A stretch of DNA of 64,000 bases from Gammaproteobacteria bacterium (GTDB lineage Bacteria; Pseudomonadota; Gammaproteobacteria; JAABTG01), in NCBI GenBank assembly GCA_017999615.1, contig JAGNLM010000002.1, positions 185,633 through 249,632 on the forward strand. Reading direction: 5' to 3'. Shown piece after piece: positions 18,661-27,939 of this stretch (position 1 is its first letter; each line of letters opens with the position of its first letter). Made by a program: the position numbers and the translations under genes. The notes under the pieces were generated by a model. The model did not search any database. It was given only the letters and a program-made list of their open reading frames with translations, and had not been told where the DNA came from.

Positions 18661-20040
18661 TCACGTATCGTCAAGTCCACCCGCCGGCTTGAACAGGGCG
18701 GGGTCGAGCTGGTGCCGGCGCAACAGCTTGTAGAAGTCGGTGCGGTTGCGGTCCGCCAACCGGGCAGCCTGACTCACGTTGCCCTGAGTGATCTTGAGCA
18801 GGCGGCTCAAATACTCACGCTCGAAATCCGCCCGCGCCTCCTCCAGCGACGGGAGATCCGCCGGTTGGGAGCGCAGGGCCCTCTGGACCAGGGTCGCGGG
18901 GATGAGCGGGGTCGTGGTGAGCGCAAAGGCCTGCTCCACCACGTTGGCCAGCTGGCGAGCGTTGCCAGGCCACGGGGCGCTCACCAGCAGCTCCATCGCG
19001 TCCGGCGCAAAACCTTCGACCTGCTTGCGGCTCGCCCCGCGGAACCGGGAGAGGAAGTGCGAAGCGAGCAGAGGGATGTCCTCCCGGCGCTCCGCCAGGG
19101 GGGGGATGTCGAGGACCACCACGTTCAGGCGGTAGAACAGGTCCTCCCGGAACCGCCCTGCCCGGACCTCCTCCTCGAGGTCCCGGTGAGTCGCGGAGAC
19201 GACCCGCACGTCCACCGGCACGGACCGGGTGCTGCCCACCGGCCGCACCTGCCGCTCCTGCAGCACCCGCAGCAGTTTCGCCTGGAGCGAGGCCGGCATG
19301 TCCCCGATCTCGTCCAGCAGGAGGGTTCCCCCGTGGGCCGCCTGGAAGAGCCCGGGCGTGTCGCGGGCCGCCCCCGTGAACGCCCCCTTGGCGTAGCCGA
19401 AGAGCTCGGACTCCATCAGCGTCTCGGGGATGGCGGCGCAGTTGAAGGCGACGAAAGGCTGGTCGCGGCGCTCGCTCGCCCGGTGGATCGCCTTCGCGAG
19501 CATCTCCTTGCCGGTGCCGCTCGCACCGCGGATGAGCACGCTCGCCCCACTGTCCGCCACCAGCCGTGCCTGGCAGAGCAGCTCCTCCATCACCGGACTG
19601 CGGGTGACCAGCTCCCGCCGCCACTCTTGACCCTCGTCGCAGGGGACCACCTCCTTGCCGGCACCGCCGCCTACCCGGATCGCCCGCTCCACCTGCTCGA
19701 TCACCTCGCGCCCGTCGAAGGGCTTGGTGAGGAAGGCGAACACGCCGCCCCGGGTGGCCGCGACCGCGTCCGGGATGGTCCCGTGGGCCGTCAGCATCAG
19801 CACGGGCAGCGCGGGCCGGCGCTCGTGGATCGCCTCGAAGAGCTCCAGCCCATCCATGCCCTCCATGCGCAGGTCGGTCAGCACCGCCTGCGGCCGGTCC
19901 ACCTCGAGCCGGGCGAGGGCCTCCACCCCGCTCGCCGCGGTGACCGTCTCGAAGCCGGCGGCCTTCAGCCGCAATTCCAGCAGCTTCAGGACGTCCGGGT
20001 CGTCATCGACCAGCAGGACTCTGCCTTTGTTCCGGCTCAT
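18661..20040 (-). CDS. sigma54-dependent response regulator (NtrC family; GlrR/QseF-like)
   Basis: Receiver VLLVDDD...D; AAA+ sigma54-interaction domain with GASGTGKE and the GAFTGA motif; C-terminal Fis-type HTH. Confidence 0.9.
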   Translation of the reverse strand: MSRNKGRVLLVDDDPDVLKLLELRLKAAGFETVTAASGVEALARLEVDRPQAVLTDLRMEGMDGLELFEAIHERRPALPVLMLTAHGTIPDAVAATRGGVFAFLTKPFDGREVIEQVERAIRVGGGAGKEVVPCDEGQEWRRELVTRSPVMEELLCQARLVADSGASVLIRGASGTGKEMLAKAIHRASERRDQPFVAFNCAAIPETLMESELFGYAKGAFTGAARDTPGLFQAAHGGTLLLDEIGDMPASLQAKLLRVLQERQVRPVGSTRSVPVDVRVVSATHRDLEEEVRAGRFREDLFYRLNVVVLDIPPLAERREDIPLLASHFLSRFRGASRKQVEGFAPDAMELLVSAPWPGNARQLANVVEQAFALTTTPLIPATLVQRALRSQPADLPSLEEARADFEREYLSRLLKITQGNVSQAARLADRNRTDFYKLLRRHQLDPALFKPAGGLDDT

Positions 20041-20722
20041 CGGGGCGGGGCACGGGGTTCGTAGGGGACGCCGGGGCCGCGGCGGGCAAGACGCCACGCG
20101 ATTCCAGGCTGCTCTCGATCTTGCGCAGCTCCTCCAGCTGGCGCTGACGCTCGGCTCCTTCCGTCTGCTCCCGGGCGAGCAGCCGGTGCAGGTAAAGCAT
20201 GCGCTGCTCGAGCTCCCGGCCACGGGACTGCGCCTGTTTCAGGTCACGCTCGAGGGTGGCGACCCGCTGGCGATTCTCTTTCTGTTCCTCCGCCGCGGCC
20301 TGCAGGCGCGCGTCGCGCTCCAGCGCCGAGCCCAGAAGGACCTCGAGCAACTGGCAGAGTTGGCGCACCTCGGGCTGCGTCGCCCGGGCTCGCTCGCCCT
20401 GGAAGAGCGCCATCGCACGCCGCTCGTCCGGTGCGGGCCCGCCCGGCAGCGCCAGGAGCAGGGCCAACTGCATGCGCTGCTCGCTGCTCGGCTCGGCGGT
20501 GGACGCGGCCCGCAGCCGCTCGAGCTCCTTCTGGAGCTCCGGGCGCTTCATGGCGCGCAAGCGGGCGAAGTAGGCGAGGGCGTCGGCCACGTCCTCGGAG
20601 CAGACCTCTCCCCGCAGCACCTCGGGCACCACGGGCGACAGGATGGGACCACCCCCCGCGGCGCAGCCCGCCAGCGTGGGCAGCGCCACCAGCACGACTG
20701 CGAGCGCGATTCTCGGTCTCAT
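20003..20722 (-). CDS. lipoprotein between the HK and RR (QseG/YfhG-like position)
   Basis: Lipobox LAGC after a signal peptide; charged coiled-coil-rich 239-aa protein; overlaps both neighbours. Confidence 0.5.
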   Translation of the reverse strand: MRPRIALAVVLVALPTLAGCAAGGGPILSPVVPEVLRGEVCSEDVADALAYFARLRAMKRPELQKELERLRAASTAEPSSEQRMQLALLLALPGGPAPDERRAMALFQGERARATQPEVRQLCQLLEVLLGSALERDARLQAAAEEQKENRQRVATLERDLKQAQSRGRELEQRMLYLHRLLAREQTEGAERQRQLEELRKIESSLESRGVLPAAAPASPTNPVPRPDEPEQRQSPAGR

Positions 20723-22179
20723 GGGGCCCTGGCGGTGACGAGCGCCGACGGAAGGGTGACCCGGAAGTGAGTCCCGGGGGCCAACCCGTCAATGATGCGG
20801 ATTTCTCCGCCGTGCGCAATGGCGCACTCCCGCGCGATGGCGAGACCGAGCCCGGTTCCCTGCACCGGGCCGCCCGGCTGGTTGCGGCCCTGGTAGAAGG
20901 CGTCGAAGACCCGGGGGCGGTCCTCCGGCGGGATGCCCGGCCCCTCGTCGTCGACCTCCAGGGCGACGCCTTCGGTGTCCTCGCCCACCCGGATGTCGAT
21001 CTTCCCCCCGCGGGGCGAGTACTTGACCGCATTCGAGACCAGGTTGTCGAGAAGTGCACGCAGCCGCGCCCGGTCCCCCTGCACGGTGATGGGGTCGACG
21101 CTCAGGCGGAAGCGCAGTCCCCGGGCGAGCGCCCCCACCCGGTGGTCGGTCACGACCGAGCGGGCGAGCTGGTCCAGGCGCACCGGCTCCCGGCGCACCT
21201 CGGCGCTGCGCACTTCGGGCATGCGGCTGAAGGCGAGCAGGTCCTCGATGAGCTTCTGCAGGCGCAGGGCGTTGTTGTGGAGGATGTCGGTGACCTCGCG
21301 CTGCTCCTCGGTGAGCGGCCCGAGGACCTGCTCGGCCAGCAGCTCGGCGCCCTCGCGCAGGGCCGTCAGGGGCGTCTTCAACTCGTGGGAGACGTGGCGC
21401 AGGAACGACTTCTTCTCTTCCTCGAGCTCCAGCAGACGGGTACGCAGCCAATCGAGGCGCTCCCCGAGGGTCTCCAGGTCCTGGGGACCTTGCACGTGGA
21501 TGGGGGTGTAGAGCTCGCCGTCGCCCAACAGGCGGATGGCGTGGTCGAGCTGCCCGAGGGGGCGCGCGATGAGGAAAAGGAAGAGAGCCGCCAGGCCCAC
21601 CACGAGCGGCACCAGGGCGGCGGCCTGCCAGACCAGGAAGCGCTGGGACTGGCCCGCCATCTGCCGCAGGACCTCGACCCCCTGCCCCACGCTGGCATTG
21701 GCCTCGGCCAGGGTCTGGCGGGCCAGCTCGGCGAGCGGCACGAACTCCGCCACCACGGCCTCGCTGGCCGCGGCATCGAGACGCTGCCCGCGCAGGGTCT
21801 CGAACAGGTGGCGCTCGCGCTCGGCGAGCTCGTACAGGCGCCGGCGTGCCGGCGGGTCGCTCTCCAGGGCGAGCATGTAGGTCACCGTGCCCTGGAGCTC
21901 CGCGTGGGCTTTGTCGTAGGCCGCAAGCCGCGCCTCGTCCTTGAGGACCAGGTACTGACGCATGTTGCGCTCCATCCCGGTCAGCTGGTCCACGAGATTG
22001 CGGCCCCCGTGGGTGAGCTGCACCGTCCGGTAGACGGCCCGCTCGCTCTGCCCCGCGAGCCGTTCCACCTGGAGCGACGCGAACAGGATCGCCACGAGCA
22101 GCGGCAGCGCGACGGCGAGGAAGCCGACGAAGACCAGGGTGAGGAAGGAGCGCGGCCGGATGGACCGGATAGCTGGCAT
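20719..22179 (-). CDS. sensor histidine kinase (GlrK/QseE-like)
   Basis: Two TM helices plus HAMP; H-box HELKTPL; HATPase motifs (N, G1 DDEGPGI, G2 GTGLGLAI); start chosen at the Met preceding the first TM helix. Confidence 0.85.
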   Translation of the reverse strand: MPAIRSIRPRSFLTLVFVGFLAVALPLLVAILFASLQVERLAGQSERAVYRTVQLTHGGRNLVDQLTGMERNMRQYLVLKDEARLAAYDKAHAELQGTVTYMLALESDPPARRRLYELAERERHLFETLRGQRLDAAASEAVVAEFVPLAELARQTLAEANASVGQGVEVLRQMAGQSQRFLVWQAAALVPLVVGLAALFLFLIARPLGQLDHAIRLLGDGELYTPIHVQGPQDLETLGERLDWLRTRLLELEEEKKSFLRHVSHELKTPLTALREGAELLAEQVLGPLTEEQREVTDILHNNALRLQKLIEDLLAFSRMPEVRSAEVRREPVRLDQLARSVVTDHRVGALARGLRFRLSVDPITVQGDRARLRALLDNLVSNAVKYSPRGGKIDIRVGEDTEGVALEVDDEGPGIPPEDRPRVFDAFYQGRNQPGGPVQGTGLGLAIARECAIAHGGEIRIIDGLAPGTHFRVTLPSALVTARAP

Positions 22180-22427
22180 CACGAGTCGATGAGCGCCGCC
22201 CGCGCCGTGCGGACGGGCGCCTCTGGCGGCTGCACGCACAGTATAGGGCCTCGGCGGGGCCGCGAGCCCGCTGGCGCCCACCGACTTCAAGTACCCCCGG
22301 GCAGGGCCGATAAGACCAGGGCGAGACGAGCATCTCGCGGATCCCCGAGAGACCCCGAGTCCGCCCCGGGCGGCGACGGGGCGAGGGCCTGTTGACCAGC
22401 ACGAGGTTGGATCGGCCCCACCGGCGC

Positions 22428-24869
22428 ATGGTCGCACCCGCAACCGACCCCATTCGAGCGTTGCCGGAGACGACGCGGACGTCCGCGGCTCGCCGGGATC
22501 CTGCCGAGTTTCGCCCGGAGCAGGTCCGGCTCCTCTACGCCCAGTCCCCTGCCCCGCTCCTCGCCAGCGTGTTCATCGCCGCGGTCACCGCGGGCGTGCT
22601 GGCCGGTCCAGGGCCGGCCCTGCCGCTCCTTGCCTGGTGGGTGACGCTCACGGTGATCACGGTGCTCCGGCTCTGGCTGTTCACCGCATTCCGGCGCCAG
22701 GAACCGGCCCAACAGCTGAGTGGACGCTGGCTCACGGCCTACCGGCTCGGGGGGCTCGCCGCCGGCGTTGCCTGGGGATCGCTCGCCCTCTTTCTCGACT
22801 TCGGCTGGCCGCTGTCCTACCAGCTGCTCGTCTATGCCATGCTGGTGGGCGTCGCCACCGCAGCGGTCTCCAACAACGGCGCGGTCGGCTCCGTCTACAC
22901 CGCCTTCCTCGTGCCCTGTCTGCTGCCCCTCACGGTACGCTCGCTGCTCGCCCCGGAGGCCGTGCTCGTCAGCATGGGGGTGATGCTGCTCATCCTCGGG
23001 GTGGTGCTGTTCTCCGTTTCCGGCAGCTTCGAGCACACCCTGCTACGCTCCTTTGCCCTCGCGAGCGACCGGGCGCGGCTGCTCGAGCGCGTCTCGCGCG
23101 TGAACCGGGAGCTCGAGTCCGAGACCGGCGACCGCATGCGCGCCGAGGCGGAGCTGCTGCGCGAGAAGGAGCGCGCGCAGGTCACGCTGCACTCGATCGG
23201 CGACGGCGTCGTCACCACGGACACTTGCGGCTGCGTCGACTACCTGAACCCGAGCGCCGAGCGCCTGACCGGGTGGAGCCTGGAGGAGGCGAAGGGGCAA
23301 CCCCTGGGGAAGATCTACACCCTGCTCGACGAGGCCACCCGGGAGCCCGTCGGCGGGCTGGGGGAGACCGCCTGCCAGGTCGATCTGGTGCTGCAGACCC
23401 GCGAGCCGCAGCTCCTGCGCCGGCGCGACGGCGAGGAGTTCTCGGTGACCCAGACGGTGACCCCGATCCGCGGCCCCCGCGGGGACACGCTCGGGTCGGT
23501 GCTGGTGTTCCGCGACGTGACCGAGACCCGGAGCCTCGCGCGGCGCCTCGCCTACCAGGCGAGCCACGACACCGTGACCGGGCTCCTCAACCGGCGGGAG
23601 TTCGAGAACCGCCTGGCCCACGCGCTGGCGGTCGCGCAGAGCGAGTCGCGTCAGCACATCTGCCTCTACATGGACCTCGACCAGTTCAAGATCGTCAACG
23701 ACACCTGCGGACACGCCGCGGGCGACGATCTGCTGCGCCAGCTGGCGGCGCTCATGCACGGGCGCCTGCGCGAGTCTGACGCCCTCGCACGCCTCGGGGG
23801 CGACGAGTTCGGCGTACTGCTCGAGGGCTGCCCGCTGCCCCAGGGCATCGAGATCGCCGAGGCCCTGCGTGCGTCGGTGCGCGACTGCCGGTTCCTGTGG
23901 GAGGACAAGACGTTCGAGATCGGGGTCAGCATCGGCATCGTGGCGGTCACGGGCGAGCGCGAGACCGTGGGCAGCATCCTCAGCGCGGCGGACGTCGCCT
24001 GCTACGCCGCAAAGGACCTCGGCCGCAACCGGATCCACGTCTACCAGGATTCCGACCTCGACCTGGCGCGCCGCCACGGCGAGATGCAGTGGGTGTCGCG
24101 GATCACGCAGGCGATCGGCGAGGACCGGCTCGAGCTCTTCTGCCAGGACATCGTCGCCGTGCAGACCGAGGACAACCTCCGGCACTCGGTGGAGATCCTG
24201 GTGCGCATGCGCGACGAGCGCGGCGAGCTGGTCTCCCCGGCGGCGTTCCTGCCGGCGGCCGAGCGCTACAACCTGATGCCGACCATCGACCGGTGGGTGG
24301 TGCACCACTGCTTCCGCTGGCTCGCGAGCCAGCCGAGCCTCGAGGGCGTGCTGCTCAGCATCAACCTGTCGGGGACGACACTGAGCGACGACAACTTCCT
24401 CGCCTTCATCCGCGAGCAGTTCGAGCGCTTCCGGGTGCCCCACGACACGGTGTGCTTCGAGATCACGGAGACCGCCGCCATCGCCAATCAGGCGACCGCC
24501 TCGCAGTTCATCCGGGAGCTGCGGGCGATGGGCTGCTGGTTCGCGCTCGACGACTTCGGCAGCGGACTGTCGTCCTTCGCCTACCTGAAGAACCTCCCCG
24601 TCGACTACCTGAAGATCGACGGCAGCTTCGTGCGCGACATGCTCCACGACCCCTACGACCGGGCGATGGTCGCCGCCATCAACGAGGTGGGCCACCGGAT
24701 GGGGATCCGCACGATCGCGGAATTCGTCGAGAACCGCGAAACGCTGCACGCGCTCGCTGACCTCGGCGTCGACTACGCCCAGGGCTGGGCCCTCGGCAAG
24801 CCCGCCCCCCTGCGCGAAGCCTCCGCCGCCGCGTTCCGCGGCGCAGCCGACCAGCAGCTCTCCGCCTGA
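22428..24869 (+). CDS. membrane-anchored PAS-GGDEF-EAL diguanylate cyclase/phosphodiesterase
   Basis: N-terminal multi-TM sensor; PAS; GGDEF motif (RLGGDEFGVLL); EAL domain (EITE...DDFGSG); alternative TTG start at 22392. Confidence 0.85.
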   Translation: MVAPATDPIRALPETTRTSAARRDPAEFRPEQVRLLYAQSPAPLLASVFIAAVTAGVLAGPGPALPLLAWWVTLTVITVLRLWLFTAFRRQEPAQQLSGRWLTAYRLGGLAAGVAWGSLALFLDFGWPLSYQLLVYAMLVGVATAAVSNNGAVGSVYTAFLVPCLLPLTVRSLLAPEAVLVSMGVMLLILGVVLFSVSGSFEHTLLRSFALASDRARLLERVSRVNRELESETGDRMRAEAELLREKERAQVTLHSIGDGVVTTDTCGCVDYLNPSAERLTGWSLEEAKGQPLGKIYTLLDEATREPVGGLGETACQVDLVLQTREPQLLRRRDGEEFSVTQTVTPIRGPRGDTLGSVLVFRDVTETRSLARRLAYQASHDTVTGLLNRREFENRLAHALAVAQSESRQHICLYMDLDQFKIVNDTCGHAAGDDLLRQLAALMHGRLRESDALARLGGDEFGVLLEGCPLPQGIEIAEALRASVRDCRFLWEDKTFEIGVSIGIVAVTGERETVGSILSAADVACYAAKDLGRNRIHVYQDSDLDLARRHGEMQWVSRITQAIGEDRLELFCQDIVAVQTEDNLRHSVEILVRMRDERGELVSPAAFLPAAERYNLMPTIDRWVVHHCFRWLASQPSLEGVLLSINLSGTTLSDDNFLAFIREQFERFRVPHDTVCFEITETAAIANQATASQFIRELRAMGCWFALDDFGSGLSSFAYLKNLPVDYLKIDGSFVRDMLHDPYDRAMVAAINEVGHRMGIRTIAEFVENRETLHALADLGVDYAQGWALGKPAPLREASAAAFRGAADQQLSA

Positions 24870-24886
24870 GCCCTGAGCCCTGAGCC

Positions 24887-26158
24887 CTACGCCGCGGCGA
24901 GGGCCTGGTCGATGTCCGCGAGGATGTCGTCGATGTGCTCGATCCCGATGGAGAGCCGCACGAGGTCGGGCGTCACCCCCGCCCGGGCGAGCTCCGCCGG
25001 CGAGAGCTGGCGGTGGGTCGTGGTCGCCGGGTGGCAGGCGAGCGACTTCGCGTCCCCGATGTTCACGAGGCGCACGACCAGCCTCAGGGCGTCGATGAAG
25101 CGCGCACCGGCCGGCGCCCCGCCCAGGATCCCGAAGCTCAGGATGCTCGCGGCCCGCCCGCCCATGTAGCGCTGCAGCACGCCGTGGTCGGGGTGGTCCT
25201 CGAGCCCCGCGTACCGCACCCAGCTCACCCGGGGGTGGCCCTGCAGGTAGCGCGCGACGGCGAGCGCGTTCTCGCAGTGCCGGTCCATGCGCACCGGCAG
25301 CGTCTCGATCCCCTGCAGGATGAGGAAGGAGTTGAAGGGCGAGATCGCCGCGCCCATGTTGCGCAGCGGCACCACCCGCGCGCGGCCGATGAAGGCCGCA
25401 GGCCCGAAGGCCTCGGTGTAGACGACGCCGTGGTAGGAGGCGTCCGGCTCGTTCATGCGCGGGAAGCGCCCCCGCTGCTCGGCCCAGGGGAAGCGGCCCC
25501 CGTCGACGATGGCGCCCCCGAGCGTGGTGCCGTGTCCGCCCATGTACTTGGTGAGCGCGTGCACCACCACGTCCGCGCCGTGCTCGAGGGGCCGGCACAG
25601 GTAGGGCGTGGGCACCGTGTTGTCCACGATGAGCGGGACGCCGCGCGCGTGCGCCACCTCGGCGAGCGCCCCGAAGTCGACCACGTTCCCCGCGGGGTTG
25701 CCGATCGACTCGCAGAAGACCGCCTTCGTGCGCCCGTCGATGAGCCGCGCGATGCCCTCGACGTCCCGGTAGTCCGCGAAGCGCGCCTCGATCCCGAAGC
25801 GCGGGAGGGTGTGTGCGAAGAGGTTGTAGGTGCCGCCGTAGAGCTGCGAGGTCGTGACGATGTTGTCGCCCGCCTCGGCGAGGGTGAAGATGGCGTAGGT
25901 GATCGCCGACATCCCCGAGGCCACCGCGAGCGCCCCCACTCCCCCCTCCATCTCCGCCACGCGCTGCTCGAGCACCGCGGTGGTGGGGTTCATGATCCGC
26001 GTGTAGATGTTGCCCGGGACCTTGAGATCGAAGAGATCGGCCCCGTGCTGGGTGTCGTCGAAGGTGTAGGAGGTAGTCTGGTAGATGGGCACGGCCGCGG
26101 CCCGCGTGGTGGGCTCCGGCATGTAGCCGCCGTGGATGGCGATCGTCTCTATCTTCAC
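24887..26158 (-). CDS. metY: O-acetylhomoserine sulfhydrylase (aminocarboxypropyltransferase)
   Basis: PLP-dependent Cys/Met-metabolism fold, starts MKIETIAIHGG, with the PLP-lysine motif TKYMGGHG; GTG start with AGGAGA SD. Confidence 0.9.
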   Translation of the reverse strand: MKIETIAIHGGYMPEPTTRAAAVPIYQTTSYTFDDTQHGADLFDLKVPGNIYTRIMNPTTAVLEQRVAEMEGGVGALAVASGMSAITYAIFTLAEAGDNIVTTSQLYGGTYNLFAHTLPRFGIEARFADYRDVEGIARLIDGRTKAVFCESIGNPAGNVVDFGALAEVAHARGVPLIVDNTVPTPYLCRPLEHGADVVVHALTKYMGGHGTTLGGAIVDGGRFPWAEQRGRFPRMNEPDASYHGVVYTEAFGPAAFIGRARVVPLRNMGAAISPFNSFLILQGIETLPVRMDRHCENALAVARYLQGHPRVSWVRYAGLEDHPDHGVLQRYMGGRAASILSFGILGGAPAGARFIDALRLVVRLVNIGDAKSLACHPATTTHRQLSPAELARAGVTPDLVRLSIGIEHIDDILADIDQALAAA

Positions 26159-26244
26159 TGTGCCCTCTCCTCTGCCCTGCGCCCGTCGTCGGGCCTGCGG
26201 CGTATTAGACTATCAGGCTGGAACTCAACCGACAGGTGCCCCGC

Positions 26245-26988
26245 ATGGACTGGCTCCTCCAACCCGAGGCCTGGGTCGCGCTCCTGACGCTGACCGCCCT
26301 CGAGATTGTGCTCGGGATCGACAACATCATCTTCCTCTCCATCCTGGTGGGCCGCCTGCCCCCGGAGCGCCGGCAGTCCGCCCGTGTGCTCGGCCTCGGG
26401 CTCGCCATGGGCTCCCGGATCGCGCTCCTGCTCTCCCTCACCTGGCTGATGAGCCTGACCGCCCCCATCGTCACGGTCCTCGGGCACGGGGTCTCCTGGC
26501 GCGACGTCATCCTCATCGGCGGCGGCGCGTTCCTGCTGGCGAAGGCGACCCTCGAGATCCACAACAGCCTCGAGGGGGCGGACGAGGGCCCGAAGGCGGT
26601 GCAGGCGGCGAGCTTCGGGGCCGTGCTGATCCAGATCGCCCTCATCGACATCGTCTTCTCCCTCGACTCGGTCATCACCGCGGTCGGCCTGGTGCAGCAG
26701 GTCTCGATCATGGTGCTCGCCATCGTCGTCGCGGTCCTCGTGATGATGGTCGCAGCGAAGTCCATCAGCGACTTCATCGACACCCACCCGACCGTGAAGA
26801 TGCTTGCACTCAGCTTCCTCATCGTGGTCGGCGTCGCCCTCATCGGCGAGGGCTTCGAGTTCCACATCCCGCGCGGTTACATCTACTTCGCGATGGCCTT
26901 CTCGGTGGTGGTGGAGATGCTGAACCTCCAGGTCCGCAAGCGCGCCGCGGTGCCGGTCCACCTGCACCGCCAACTGCCGGAGTCCTGA
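26245..26988 (+). CDS. TerC-family integral membrane protein
   Basis: Conserved TerC motifs LEIVLGIDNIIFLS and FSLDSVITAVG. Confidence 0.8.
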   Translation: MDWLLQPEAWVALLTLTALEIVLGIDNIIFLSILVGRLPPERRQSARVLGLGLAMGSRIALLLSLTWLMSLTAPIVTVLGHGVSWRDVILIGGGAFLLAKATLEIHNSLEGADEGPKAVQAASFGAVLIQIALIDIVFSLDSVITAVGLVQQVSIMVLAIVVAVLVMMVAAKSISDFIDTHPTVKMLALSFLIVVGVALIGEGFEFHIPRGYIYFAMAFSVVVEMLNLQVRKRAAVPVHLHRQLPES

Positions 26989-27050
26989 GAGGTCCCGGGA
27001 CGGCGAAGCGTTCGGGACGGTGGAGGCCCCCGGCGCCGGGGGCCTCCACG

Positions 27051-27120
27051 CCCCGGCCCTCACAGCCGGCCCCTCACAGCCGGCCCTCACATCCGGCCCT
27101 CACATCCGGCCCTCACGGCC
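27051..27120. repeat. five imperfect tandem copies of a 13-14-nt unit (CGGCCCTCACAKC) spanning the mtfA stop codon
   Basis: Direct reading of ccggccctcacagc / ccggccctcacatc units; each unit carries TCA (TGA on the coding strand). Confidence 0.7.
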
Positions 27121-27882
27121 CAGCCGCCGACCCGGGTCCTGGCGGTAGAACGCCACGAGCTGCCCGTACACCTCGGGGTAGGTCTCCTGCACGTCACGGG
27201 GGTGGAGGAAGAAGGCCTCCGACATCACCGCGAAGAACTCGCCCGGGTCGTCCGCGGCGTAGTCGTCGATGAGGACCTCCTCTCCCCGCTCGACCCTCTC
27301 CGAGAAGTCCTCGAAGGCGCTCGAGAAGGCCGCGGTCCAGGCGGAGCGGGACATCCCGGGGTGCAGGGGCGGCATGCCGTTGGCCTCGCCGTTCAGCAGA
27401 TCGAGCTTGTGGGCCATCTCGTGGACGACCACGTTGCCCCAGTCCTCGCCGTCGGCCCCGAGCTCCACGTCCGTCCAGGAGAGGATCGCGGGGCCCTCGG
27501 GCCAAGCTTCCCCCGAGAGCTCGCGCTCGGCCTCGTGGGCCACGCCGTCCTCGTCGACCCACTCCTGGCGGGCGACGAACTCGTCCGGATAGACGATGAC
27601 CGACACCCACCCCGAGTACCCGTCGAGCCCCAGGTGCAGGACCGGCACGCAGGCCTGCACCGCGACGAGCCGGCGCATCGTGTCGTCGACCTCGAGGCCG
27701 CCCGCGCCCTGGATCACCTTGCGCCGCAGGAAGTCCCCGGCGAGCGCCCGCAGGCGGGCGAGGTCCTCCGCCGACCAGCCCTCGAGGAGCGGCAGACGCC
27801 CGGCGAGCGAGTCCCACTCGCCGTCTTCGAAGGCCTCACCCCCCCGGGATCCCTGCCACCAGCGCCTCAGCCGCGCGAGCAC
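27100..27882 (-). CDS. mtfA: MtfA-family zinc-dependent peptidase (Mlc titration factor A-like)
   Basis: HEMAH zinc-binding motif and overall MtfA/DUF980 similarity; C-terminus GREGRM encoded in the tandem repeat. Confidence 0.75.
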   Translation of the reverse strand: MLARLRRWWQGSRGGEAFEDGEWDSLAGRLPLLEGWSAEDLARLRALAGDFLRRKVIQGAGGLEVDDTMRRLVAVQACVPVLHLGLDGYSGWVSVIVYPDEFVARQEWVDEDGVAHEAERELSGEAWPEGPAILSWTDVELGADGEDWGNVVVHEMAHKLDLLNGEANGMPPLHPGMSRSAWTAAFSSAFEDFSERVERGEEVLIDDYAADDPGEFFAVMSEAFFLHPRDVQETYPEVYGQLVAFYRQDPGRRLGREGRM

Positions 27883-27939
27883 GGGGCCTCCGCCGGCTTC
27901 ACCGCCGGCGGACTGCCCCCTCGCCAGGCCCTGCCCGCC

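Noticed and set aside
22180-22391. GlmY-like sRNA upstream of the GlrK-like kinase
   Set aside because: No recognisable GlmY/GlmZ-like sequence or sigma54 promoter in the spacer; that sRNA family is enterobacterial.
24862-24886. ctgagcc heptamer x3 at the GGDEF-EAL gene stop, and gggctcg x3 at 8222..8245
   Set aside because: Short low-complexity repeats at gene ends in GC-rich DNA with no flanking inverted repeats; unlikely to be functional elements.
26159-26244. Riboswitch (SAM upstream of metY, or a yybP-ykoY Mn riboswitch upstream of the TerC-family gene) in the metY/terC divergent spacer
   Set aside because: The spacer is only about 85 nt and shows none of the conserved SAM-II or yybP-ykoY sequence blocks.
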